Shown here: positions 29,342 to 54,095 of the stretch, in pieces
Layout: every line of letters begins with the position of its first letter
How positions within the stretch are numbered: the stretch's first letter is position 1
Assembly (NCBI GenBank): GCA_904063045.1
Contig: CAJFCJ010000006.1
Location: forward strand, 2,470,946-2,534,945
Source of the DNA: Dimorphilus gyrociliatus
Taxonomy: Eukaryota > Animalia > Annelida
DNA length: 64,000 nucleotides
Direction: 5' to 3'
Position numbers and translations under genes: made by a program
The notes under the pieces: generated by a model
Told to the model about the DNA's origin: nothing
Database searches by the model: none
Seen by the model: the letters and a program-made list of their open reading frames with translations, nothing else

Positions 29342-32106
29342 ATGGGTAAAAAGATTAAAAAAGACGACAAATCCCCACCATCTGACGTTTTTGAACCTGT
29401 CCAAGTAGACGCAAAGGAAGCCAAGACAGGTGTTTTGCTTTTAAAATCAGAAGAAGAAGATGTTGTTGCTAAAGCTGCCCTTTCTCTGTATAAATTTGCG
29501 GATAAAAGCGAAGAAAATAAAGCTACACTACTTGAATTAAGTGCAGCTGAGGAACTATTAAAGTTGATCAGTCATATAGATCCGATAGTTAAGAGGAATA
29601 GTATGATGGCTTTAGGAACTATGGCTGCTCATCCAAATGTTCGGAGGTAAAAAAAGTCTTTTAACTAGTATTCTAAAGTGAGTAATGAGTCTCTTAATAA
29701 ACAGATATCTTCGTCAAACTGAAGGAGCTACATCTACCATTGTCAATCTTTTATCTCCCGAAGAATCTATTGTGGTACATGAATTTGCATCTCTGTGCTT
29801 ATGTGCGATGTCGCAGGAATATACATCAAAAGCTGAAATTATTAAAAGTGGAGGAATAGAACATTTAGTTCGCCTTTTGGGAGTTTCTGATCCTGATGTA
29901 ATAAAAAATTCCATTGAAACTCTGACCCTTCTTCTTCAGGACTACAGTGCCACTTCATTAATAAGAGAAGCAGGAGGTTTACCTGCTCTATTGGAACTTT
30001 TAAAATCAGAATATCCCGTAATTCAGCATTTCTCTCTTGTTGCTATTGAGAGAGTTTCCGCCGAGGCAACTAGTAGAGCTGAATTAAGAGAATTAGAAGC
30101 TCCTAGTCTCCTCGTTAACTTAGTTGGAATTCCCGATCTAAGCGATCTTCATGTGTTTGCTATTTCGGCTCTTTCAGTCCTTCTTATTGATACCGAGACA
30201 GCAACAAAAATGCTGGAAAACAATGCCTTAAGAAGACTTTTAGCTTTTATTGAAGATACTAACGCTCCGGAAGATGAAAGCGGTGGAAAAGAGAGTGGGA
30301 AAGGCAAGAAAGGAGGTAAAGCTTCGGATGGCAGATCTAGTAAGAAAGGAAAAAAGAAAGACAAGGACAGAGCAGATTCTGCCCTCCCACCATCGGCCAC
30401 TCAGCCAGTTATACCGACATTGCCGCATGTAAAAGAACATGCAGCTAGAGCAATCGCTCGATCTGCTCAGTCAGATGCTGATATAAGAAGGATTCTCCAC
30501 GAAGCTCAAGTTGAGAAATTGTTTATAACACTATTAACCAATGAAGTTTGGTCGGTTCAAGTGGCAGGTGCTCAAGGTTTATCGGCGATCTCAGAATCAG
30601 TAATTTCAAGACAATCGGCTGGTGAATTTGGAGCTATCGAAATTTTGTGCAAATTACTAGCAAACGAAAAGAATGAGGTTAGAGAAGCTTCGGCAACTGC
30701 ACTCTCCCGTCTAACTTTATCTGTTCCGGCCAATTGCTCTATTGTTGCTAAGCATGGAATCGATAATCTTATTAAACTACTTCTGGACGATAGTTCTACT
30801 GAAACAACTCTTTGTAGCGCTTGCGTTACAATGACAAACTTATCTAAAGACGAAAAGTCTCGAAGCGATATGACTTCACATGGAGCAATTGGAGCCTTGA
30901 TAAAAAGATTGAAATCGCCGTCATGTTCTGTTCAGAATCGGGTTGCTCATTGTTTGGCAGCTCTTTGTACTGACTTTGATGCACGAGAAAAATTCAAAGA
31001 AGAAGATGGCTTTGAATCTCTTCAACAACTCCTCTATTCTAATGATGATGATGTCAGAAGGTCAGTAAGCTGGGCAGTTTCGGTTTTGGCTCAAGATGAT
31101 GAATGTGCAAATACTTTTGGAGGTATCTAAGCGTCTCAACTTTTCTAATCTGAAATAATAATTATCTTTTGTCTTAGGTTTAGGAACAGTAGATACTCTA
31201 CAAGATATGCTAGAATCAAAGACGAGAAAGAACGCTTTTACACAAGCAGCTTTGGACGGCCTCTTGCGACGTCATCTTCCTGCTAAATGGGCTTTAAATA
31301 ATCGCCTTGATTTTAATGATACAATAATCGATGGCTTCTACGATGTTGGTAAAAAAGCAAAAAATTCAAGAAAGTTATGTCCTCCCCTTAGTTTCTTTTT
31401 GCGCGAACCAGTTCTTGCTGAAAACAAACCGATAATTTTAATAAATGCAGTTCCTGCAAAGCCTCCAACTCCCCCTCCAGTAGTTGAAGAAACTCCAGAA
31501 AAAGGTTCCTCTAAGGGAAGGAAGAAGGAATCAAGATCGTCAAAGGGTAAACAAAAGGCACAAAAAGAGAAGGAAGAAGAGCAAGAAGAACCATCTCCGG
31601 AAGTAAGAAGTATAGTTTCATCCTCTGATCCAGAGATTCCGGGAGATGATCGCTTATGCGACTATTTGAGACATGTTCAAGAACGAATAAACCCGTTACC
31701 TACCACAAAAGATCAGGTTACAGCTTTGGCTAGGTATGTTGCCGATTGTATGGGAGGAGCGACAGATAATGTAGATAATATTCCTTGGGAGTTATCAATC
31801 AATACTTTAAGGCAGAACCTTCAATCAAACATCATTCCGATAGGACTAATTCAAAAAGGAATATTTCATCACAGAGCTCTCTTATTTAAAGTATTAGCAG
31901 ATCGTCTTGGAATAAAAACGTCGTTACATAGAGCTGACTACAACAGAGCTTGGAACGAAGTGGCACTAGTAGAAGACGAAAATGGAAAGTACCCTCCAGT
32001 CTTATTTATGGTAGATTTGATTACACTTCCAGGTAGGTTAATGAGATACGATTCATTGGAAGCTCGAGACTACATATCTCTACCGAGTGCTTTAAAAAGT
32101 AACTGA
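29342..32106 (+). CDS. ARMC3: Armadillo repeat-containing protein 3 (3 exons)
   Basis: MGKKIKK...DVFEP...SEEEDVVAKA...ENKATLLEL, LLSPEESIVVHEFASLCL, ARM repeats, and a C-terminal EDR1-like region (IPIGLIQKGIFHHRALLFKVLADRLGI). Confidence 0.93.
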
Positions 32107-32731
32107 CTCACTGATGCATTAACTTTTTAATTATTAATAATAAAAGTATAATAATTAAATACAGATATGATAAAACACAAATTTTTTAAATTCTATCAAG
32201 TATATCGTAAATGTTTTAGTTAAAATTTCAACAAAATAATAAAGATTTGCCGAAATGCTAATAAAATAGAATAAAAGTAACAGTGTACAAATTATAAATA
32301 TTCATTAGATTTGAGAATAAGTGGCATAAGAGAGCTAGGTAATGAAGTTAACAATTAATTTATAGATGTTTTGTTCCTAAACTGAGAGCAAAATTAGAGG
32401 TTAGTCTTTATAACATTACTCTTTACTTTTAATTTAGCTAATAATTATAGTTGGTGTAAAATTATTGAAGTGTTTGTTACTCTTTATTTAATGAATTAAT
32501 TGAAGAGTGAGAGAATCAGAAATGGAAACTTCTCATATTTAATCTTATCCCAGACGTATATTGATAGAAATTTCCCATGACAGTGAAAATTTAGGCAACG
32601 TTAAATTTAAAGTAGATTGTTTGTCAGTTCTCAAATTTTTTCTACAAACTAACAAACTAAATTATTAAAGGTTTTAAAATCTTGAACAATGACTCCTACT
32701 CTTTTACTATATTATCTATAACAGATACAAT

Positions 32732-33934
32732 CTATTCATTATTCTCCTTTTCGCTGACAAAATCATCTTGTCGTTCTGTATGTTCAACTTTTGATTCTAT
32801 TTCTAAATTATCCTGCTTTACTATTTTAGATTCAATTACGGAACTGGAATACATAGGAATAAAAGATTCAACGAAACCGCAATCCTCTGTTAAATTGGGT
32901 AGTATCCATAAATGATATTTACCACGAGTACTTGTCCAAACAATGACAAAGATTATAGCTCTAACTGAAAAATGCATACCTTATGATATCTTTTGAATAA
33001 AAATTTGAAAAACACTCACGAATATATAGAAAGAAAAGTAGACCTATAAAACCAGTTCCCAAAATAGATAAATAATAGATACTATCTCGAACTTTGGGGG
33101 GCCAGAGAGGAAATAGACATATACCAATCACTCCAAGAACAATAAATGAACCAATAATCCAGGTTTTTAAAGAAACTGGATCATAAACCCAAACGTAATA
33201 CTAAAAACAAAGTGTTACAAAATGATAAATGCAATACAAAACGTCGCCTCACGTTATCTCCATCTTTAAAAATTTGCTCTTCATGCTCCAATATAAAGAT
33301 CTTTCTCTTATTCTTTTTACTTTTATTCTTTTTTCCATCTTTTTTATCATTTTCTCTGTATTCCTTCTTTTTCTTCTTTATTTCGCCTGGGGTTTCTTCT
33401 TTCTTCTTACTATTTTTTTGTTTCTCAATTCGATGGAAAAACCCTTTATCTAAGAGCCTGCAAACAAAAATGCAATTATATTTCAAGATAATAGCTCTGA
33501 TTAAATTTTGCTTTTAAAACTTAACTAAAATGGCTAACATTTGACAAAAATTGACGCAAGACTGTCTAGTTGTAAACAGGATAGGTTTTCTTGAAGCCCA
33601 TTTCGAATCCAGTAACTTATCCACGATATCTTTTCCTACATATGAGTTTCTATTAAGTGATATCTGATTTCTGTGAAATATGTACATGTATTGTTATTTA
33701 CCTGTAAAACCTGCAAAATTTCTTCCAGGTAGGTCCATCATATAATACTCCTTTGTTTTAATGTTAAAGCGAAGAAACTTTGCTATACGCGTTTCTTCCT
33801 TGGTAATAATTTCATTATCCTTTTTCAAAAAAGAAATCAGAAATATAAAGTAAAATTTTTAAATTTGTTTCTTTTGAATTGTTAAAAACAAAGCGAACCT
33901 CAAATTTTCCTTTATTCCTTCTTTTATTCACCAT
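32732..33934 (-). CDS. SEC62: Translocation protein SEC62 (multi-exon)
   Basis: Spliced product MVNKRRNKGKFE|DNEIITKEETRIAKFLRFNIKTK...DKLLDSKWA...LLDKGFFHR...DGDN|YYVWVYDP...CLFPLWPPKVRDSIYYLSI...HLWILPNLTEDCGFVESFIPMY matches SEC62. Confidence 0.93.
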
Positions 33935-34306
33935 TTCGCAAAACAAACCTTTCGGATTTTATAAAATTTCAAATATGAAAACAGGTATGTTGTTCCATAG
34001 CATAATATACCATTGAAATTACGTTTTGGAATATGCAGATTCTTATGGAGGAATTATTCAATTTACAGATAAATTCTTTAATAATAAAAGTTTGAATAAA
34101 AAAAATCCATAAATAACAAGCCACTTTAAAATTTCAGCTATTTTTTAAATCAGCTGCGTAATTTCGCAACGGAAAGTAATCATCGAATATCGCTCTCCCA
34201 GAACTTGCATAATTGAGCACTGTCACCTAAAGAATAATATACTGAAAATTCTGCTTGTAAACTATGACATCAGGTAGGTAATTTTTATAGAATTATAATT
34301 ATTCTA

Positions 34307-35422
34307 ATGGAGTCTGCAATTGCTTATTCAGTAAATGAAAAAGTATTAAATTGGATTCAAAATCCTACCAAACAAGTCTCTACGATTACTAGGAATCAGC
34401 TGCTAGGCGTGCATCGATATAAGAAAAGTAATCAAATTAATCGAGAAGTTCTCTGTTAATCGATTGTGATATCCTCCTTTCGTAGCTTTCCGTGATTGTC
34501 ACGTTTATATCGTATGTGCTGTGATATTCAATGAAGAAGGAGAAGTTTTATTAATACAGGAAGCTAAAAAGTCTTGCTATGGTAAGTGGTATTTGCCGGC
34601 TGGAAGAGTTGAAAAGAACGAAAATCTGGAGGAAGCTATTCGAAGAGAATGCAAAGAAGAGGCAGGAATAGATTTCCAACCAACAGCCATTGTTAGAGTG
34701 GATTCTGATGGTAGTTGGTTTCGTTTTACGTTTGTAGGAGAAATCATTGGAGGCCAATTAAAATCACTTGAAGAAAAGGATAACGAATCATTGCAAGCTA
34801 AATTCATCAAACAATCTCAACTCAATAATCAATACATTTTAAGGTTTGCATTATTAATCTTCACCGCAATCTTTAGCCTAAAACTTCAATATCTTAATAG
34901 GGGAACATGCATCTTACAACCAATAAAATCTGCTCAACAGTTTTTAAACAGTCGCAATAGGAACTCTATACTTTCGATACAAAACAACCAAGAATACTAC
35001 TTTCATAGAGCTATTATCTATCAAAAGTTGTAAAACTAATTAATTCCTCTTGGAAAATATTCATCTTTTTTTTTATTAGGGTCAACGAAAAAGTTCACGC
35101 CTTAGTGTTAAAGAATAGCAATGATTTTCCAATCATTACATTCAGCGGTGATACAATACTCAGTTTATGTGGAATTTCTCCTTGCAATGTCAGATTAAAT
35201 TCCATCGGTGTTGTTAGTATAGAATTTAGCAGAGAACAACCTAACAAGGACCATGGATTATGCATAACGATGCTATATCAAATAGAAAATACGGAAAATT
35301 GTGATAATGAAATAAATGTAAAAAAAGAGTTAAAATGGCAGGTTCTCTCTGAAAATGTTTCTCAAAAATTGATGCAATACACAAAATCTCAAGTACATGG
35401 AGTATATGAAAAACTTGGCTAA
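34307..35422 (+). CDS. NUDT18: Nudix hydrolase, 8-oxo-dGDP phosphatase NUDT18-like
   Basis: EVLLIQEAKKSCYGKWYLPAGRVEKNENLEEAIRRECKEEAG (Nudix box), followed by WFRFTF...GGQLK...DNESLQA typical of NUDT18. Confidence 0.88.
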
Positions 35423-35605
35423 CTTCTAATTTATTTTTATTTTGTTTTTCTTTCGCATAAAACTTTAATAAAAATTCTTTCTAGTAAAAAATCCCTAATA
35501 ACAAAAAAAATATGAAATATATACAGAATATATAATTACAAGGTTTCCTAAAAAAGTGAAAGGGAAGAAGAACGTCAAAATTCCGATAGAATAAAGAATG
35601 TTTAG

Positions 35606-37436
35606 TTATTTATCATCTCTTAGCCTTAAAATTCCTTCAAAACATTGGTATAACCATTGTTGTAAACTTTTATCATTAATTTTCTCGCCAGTGTCTATTT
35701 TTAGAGCTGGCTTTTGCCACCATATAGAAACAATTTGCGATTCGTTTAAATAACGTGCTAAATCGTTATTTCTCTTGACAATATTAACTATTTCAATTAT
35801 CATATTTTCTTTTATCTCCTGTTGAGTCTGAATTAATCTTGTACAACAATCTTTCAGCCGACTTTCGTCTCCCGTATCAGTTTCAATAGAATTTACACTA
35901 GAAAATAAAACAAACATAACCATCCTACACATAACAGTCAATAATTCCGTGCTATCATAGATGTTTGGACAAACATTTAAAGAATGATAAGCAGGTAACA
36001 ACTTTTTCTTTCCATCCATACGATTAATCACTTTGAGTTCGTCTTTGTCATAGACAAGTATGTTCTCAAAATCAATTTCAATAAATAGAGCAAGCTCTTG
36101 CTCCAAACTTCCTTGTTGGCAAAGAACACCATCTTTAACAGACTGCTGTAAAGAATCAATTTGTTTAATGAGTTCTTTAACATTACTCCAGTCAGGTAAA
36201 GACCTAGAACTTGAATCATTACGTTTAACTAAAATTTGTATAAACTTTTGCTTCTTCTGTGCTGCTTTGGAGAAATTGCGTATTTGCTTATGTTTTTCTT
36301 CTAATTTTAATTTATTACTCAATAAATTTTTCACTTTCTCCTCCATTCTTTTTTTATACTTTTCTGCTGTTTGTAGTTGCGCTTCTTGTGATTTTAAATG
36401 TATATGAGAAAGTAATAACTCTCTACTAGTATTTAGTCCATTGTGGCTATAACTTTCGACTAAATCCTTTTCACATTTCTCCATCTTTTCATTAAATTTT
36501 TCTTGTAGTTGAGTCGAATTGTTTAAAAGTTTTTCTGTGTCTAAAAATGTTCTTATGAATTGTCCATCCGCTTCTTTAATTAATTCTTTTACAGCAACTA
36601 AAGTTTGGTTAGAATCTGAAACATCCTCTAATTTTCCTTTGTTATATTTCATCTTTAAATTCTCCGCGTCATTCAAGATATTGATATTGGCGGTCCTATC
36701 TTTAAGACGCTCATTAGCTTCCAGAGTGGATGTTAACAGACCTTCAAAGATAACTTTAGGTTCACACTGCTTTAATATATCTTCTACTTCTATCCAAATG
36801 TTCCTATCACAGCTCTCAGACTTGAAAAAAAAAGATATATTAAATATAATATTTATAAAAAATTTAGTAAGAGGCTATTAAATAGTTTATTAATACCTTT
36901 AGCATTGATGAAACATGTGTTTGTATCTTTTGACAGCATTCTACTATGGAACGAACGTTATGCTTATCAACGTAAAACTTCTCTTGGCGAACCTTGAGTG
37001 CATTAACCATTTCTTCTAGAAGATTAATAAGTTCACCAGTCTTCTTTACGAAAGCATCTAACAGAATAGTTTTTATTTTTAATTCCTCCACATTTGATAC
37101 ATTACTATTGAAGACTTCTTTTTCTAGTAAATCGCAATCAGATTGCAATCTTAAATTCTTTGATTTAGTTTCTTCCATTTGTAATTTTAATTTTTTATTC
37201 GAATCCTGAATTGCTTCTAATTTGTTTTGGTTTTCCTTTAGAATGGACAGAGCGGCTAATTTCTTTGTAGTTTCGGCTTTTGATTTACTTTTTGCATGTT
37301 TCGTGAGCCATGAAATGGCTTTTGACATGGAATTTGTTCCGAGTTTCCGCCTGAATGTTGATGGATCTATTTCAGGGACTTTCTCAAGATGCAAATCATT
37401 TTTCATCCATTCTTTCAGGACTTTAGCATTTGCCAT
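35606..37436 (-). CDS. HAUS5: HAUS augmin-like complex subunit 5 (2 exons)
   Basis: Long coiled-coil protein. The N-terminal LKEWMKNDL...FRRKLGTNSMSKAISWL and C-terminal WWQKPA...INDKSLQQW patterns resemble HAUS5. Confidence 0.7.
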
Positions 37437-37796
37437 AGCGTTTGTTCCTTAAATATTCGTCTTGTTATTATCAGACTTTTTAACGGGAAACTATCCAATA
37501 TGGCGCCAAGACATTTTCGTATTCAAAATAATAAATTCGAATAATTTATTCTAACGTTTTCTTCTAAATTTATAGGTATATTTAACAAATTATGATTTTC
37601 TGATAAAATACGAAACTAAGCGTAAATCTTCAATATGGCGGCTGTTTAAGGGAATCTGTAATATGAGCGAATACTTTTTGCTAGTTTCTCAAAAATAGAG
37701 ATTTTCTCTTAAATTACTGTTAAAGTTTAACTTTGTCTCATTGTATGAAATACTATTTGTTTGAGATTGATTCGAGGAATATTGATTTAGTCAACT

Positions 37797-45157
<7,361 letters not shown>

Positions 45158-45407
45158 ACTCTTGCACTAAAAGCTTTGCCGTTAAGTTAGCACGGACTGT
45201 CTCCTAAATTTCTTTTTACAGTTTGTTTTTAGTTGCCATGCTTGAAATTATTTTAGTTCTTTTTTGCTACTATTTAATAGTATTATTGGTATAAAAACTA
45301 CATGCCTACTAATAACTGCTTTCTAGTCAGTTAAGTCATTTTTGTCAAAAATCTCGATTAGTTTTCGTGTATTTGAAAATGACGACTTAATTTACGAAAA
45401 TGATGAA

Positions 45408-48033
<2,626 letters not shown>

Positions 48034-48640
48034 TTTGAATAGTTCTAATCAATATTCAAAGAAAAAAGGCGAGTTTTATAATTACTAATAAAAAGTTGAG
48101 TGATATTTGAGGAAGATATGAGTTCAAGCACTTCAACATTATTTTGTAAGAATTAAACTTTCTCTTATTTCTACTAATAAGAATTCCTTTTATCTTGATA
48201 ACACATTAACTAAATTCTTTTTAAAAAAGTAAACTTTAAGATAAGTTTCGAAAAGATCTTATCCAGTTAGGAAATCTAAAATGACCGATAAGATATTTGA
48301 GATAATGGTGTAAGTTAGCGTCTGGTGTCAGCGGTCAATAGCATCGTTTAGACTATGAACCATTAAGGAATTTATAATTACACTTTTATAAGGCGTTCTC
48401 TCAGATCTAATCGAGTTAGAATTAAAAAAACAAACAAAAAATTCATTGATATAATTAAAGAATGTATTCCTTATCATTTTTAAGCTATCCAAGCTGATGT
48501 TTACTAATAACACCAAAGAATAATGGGGTTAGTAAAAAATATATCTATATATTCATTAGCTGTTAGTTGTACCACTATAAGAAATTATTTTACTATATCA
48601 GTTAAATTCTTCAGTACTTTGAAAAAACCTAGTCATAATA

Positions 48641-51239
<2,599 letters not shown>

Positions 51240-51784
51240 TTATAATAACCTGAAAGCCAATCAGCAGTCTAGAATAATTTCTAAACCAATGAACATACTA
51301 GATTTATAAATAGTGACATCTACAGCTGAACCATATTGCTATGGTGGATTTTTCAGACACTAAATGATTAAAAGATCTATGTAATAGTTTACAAATTTGA
51401 CTCAATATTCACTTTGTTTTATAATTTATCTAAAAAAGTACTTTTGACCTAAAGATTCTTGCAAATCATTCAAATAGATATTTGACTGAAGTCGAATTGG
51501 GTGTATTGTTGAAAAATAGCGTAATAAAGTTTAAGATTACGCACTACTTAATTATTTTTGCTAATGCGTTTTCTCATTGATAACATTTAATCTATTATTA
51601 GCTATCTACGAAAGTTATCTGAGATGTTGATATCTGAAATGTCAATAACCATCAGAAAAGTGAGGTTTATATTATCAGAGTTTACAGTGTCCAGATTTTC
51701 GAACAATATTTGTTCACAGAGGCGCTAACTGACCCTCTTTATTTAACTTCTATTGACTTGGTTATCGAACGAATACAGGTTTGA

Positions 51785-53010
51785 ATGGCAAAACCATCTG
51801 CAAAAGAGACTAGTGGTAAGAAATCTATTACTGACCTTGACAAATTCTATAATTTTTCAAGAAAAAAAAAGTTTATCGTTTATAGAATGTTTTATGAGCG
51901 ATAATAAGTGATTTTTTGTCAGATGGAATATTACAATATATTACCCAACAAAATAGACCGTACAGTGCAACGGATATTTTTAATAATCTCCATGGAAAAT
52001 TTGGGAAAACGGTTTAAATAATATTTATTTTTAATTATAATACATTTTAAGAACTTTATCACTTAGGCTGTTGTTAAAGCATTAGAGAGTTTAGCAGCGG
52101 ATGGTAAGCTTGTTGAAAAGATTTATGGAAAACAAAAAGTCTATGGACCCAATCAGGTTTTAAAGTTTATAAATTCACTTTTCGACCTTTGACAAAATTT
52201 CGTGTCTAAGGATTCTATGCCGTCAATACCCCCCGATGAGTTGGTAAAGATGAGACAGAAAGTGGCTGAACTACAAAGAGAAAATGAAGAATTAACCAAA
52301 AACGAAAAAAAGCTTGATATGCGTTTGTTTATTTTACTCTTAAGTGGCCAATTTAGGATCTTTATTTTGAAATAATTTAATTTTAATAAGTGTCGAAACA
52401 ATAAGTCAATAGTTTAACTAGCAATAGTTTATAAAATTTCTTTTTTTTTAAACTGGTTGATTATTATTTAATAGTTATTTCTGAGAAAAGAAATGCGATT
52501 CCAACAAATGAATTGAAACAAAAAGTTCAAGACTATCAAAAACAAGTAAGCTTTTGATGACCACAGAAAAAACTTGTACTCTGATATATTTTCTAGCTTC
52601 AAGATATAACCAAGAGGGTAGATAGTTGCAAAAATAATCCAAATGCAGTTTCAGCAAAGGATATGGAAAAAGTTCGTTTAAAACATTCATTTTATCTATT
52701 TTTATTCTGCTAATTTGCAGATAAAGAAAGAAAGAAATAAATTTTTGGCATTTTGGAGAAAAAGAAGACGTATTGTTAGTAAAATATATTACAAATTTTA
52801 CATTATATTTTATTATTATATACTTTTCGTAGGCTAATGATATTTTGGATGCTATGTTAGAAAGTGGTGACAAAAAGAAGAGCGAATTAATGGTAATTAT
52901 TATAATTTATAGATTTCAATTATTTAATACCATATATTTAATAGGAAGAACTTGGCATCGAAACGGATGAAGACTACAATGTAAACATACAGACATTCAC
53001 CGAAGTGTAA
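51785..53010 (+). CDS. PSMC3IP: Homologous-pairing protein 2 (HOP2/TBPIP)
   Basis: ILQYITQQNRPYSATDIFNNL, VVKALESLAADGKLVEKIYGKQKVY, a coiled coil, WRKRRRI and EELGIETDED, joined across short introns. Confidence 0.93.
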
Positions 53011-53308
53011 TAAAAGAAAAGGCAAAAATAATTGTAATTTTTTTGTATATCAATTGTCGTTAAAACTTTTGTGTAGCTATAAAAGTTGTATGCGTATTAA
53101 ATTTATTTTCACCTTATTACTGTCGAAAAGCTAATATACTATATTTACATTATGTGAAATAGTTATAATAAAAATGTTGTTTGCAAGTACTACATGAATT
53201 AACTTATTCTAAGACCAGTTTACAAAAATAAAATGGGGTAATATTTTGCATTTCGCACACGATTTTATTGTTACTACTTTTTATCGCTCAACTAAATTTA
53301 GGTTTAAT

Positions 53309-53979
53309 ATGGAGTCATCATCCTCCGAGAGTGATAATGGCATCGAAGAAAAGTTACGTATGGCTGCTATTACAATAGAATGCATAGCAGGTTCCCAGAA
53401 CCTAACTTAGTATTAATAGATTTTCAAACTTTCAAGATATTTTGCAGAACCCGCTAAGAATAATGGCTCAAAAAGAAAACAAAAGAGTAAGGAGAACGAA
53501 ATCAGTTACCAGTATGTAAATTTTATAAGTAACGGATATCAATTTTGTTAATTTATTTGAATAGAAGTGAAGAAAAGTCTTATTTAGCTAAGAAATTGGA
53601 GGAATTATTAGATGAGTAAATTTTCAAAATAAAATCATAAGGATATTTCTAATAGTTTATTATACATTTTCAAGAAAAATTAAGTATGTTAGTAGTTCTA
53701 AAAACACGAAAAAGGATAAGTCTGTTAAGAAGGATAGTGGAGTTAGAATATATCCAAAAGGACCAAAAGTATTTAAAGTTATATATGATGAAGAAATTCC
53801 GCAAAAGAGGAAAAAAAGAAAATCAACATCAACTTCTTCGTCAGATGATGAAAACCTTCTGAGAGATGTTGCCGTTAGCGGATATGATATTTTAAAGCAA
53901 TCAAGTAAAATTGATATAACTTGTATAGGAATTAAAATTTCATAATTCTTTTCATTTTCTTTATCTAGGTATCAGTTGA
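53309..53979 (+). CDS. Custos (C12orf43)-like small protein
   Basis: MESSSSESDN.IEEKLRMAAI, YLAKKLEELLD, GVRIY and SSSSDDENLLRDVAVSGYDILKQS follow the Custos pattern (EAA...AKKLGALLD...SSSSED...EAAVSASDILQES). Confidence 0.65.
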
Positions 53980-54095
53980 AAAGTTTTATTCCGATATTAG
54001 TGTTCACACTGTACTTTGTACATTACAAAACATGATTCAAGTGGAATCATAATGTTAATTATTTAAATAAAATTCTTTTTATTTTGTTTGTAATC

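Noticed and set aside
34407-34429. Possible GC-AG intron in NUDT18
   Set aside because: A canonical GT donor at 34428 gives the right phase and a typical 58-nt intron.
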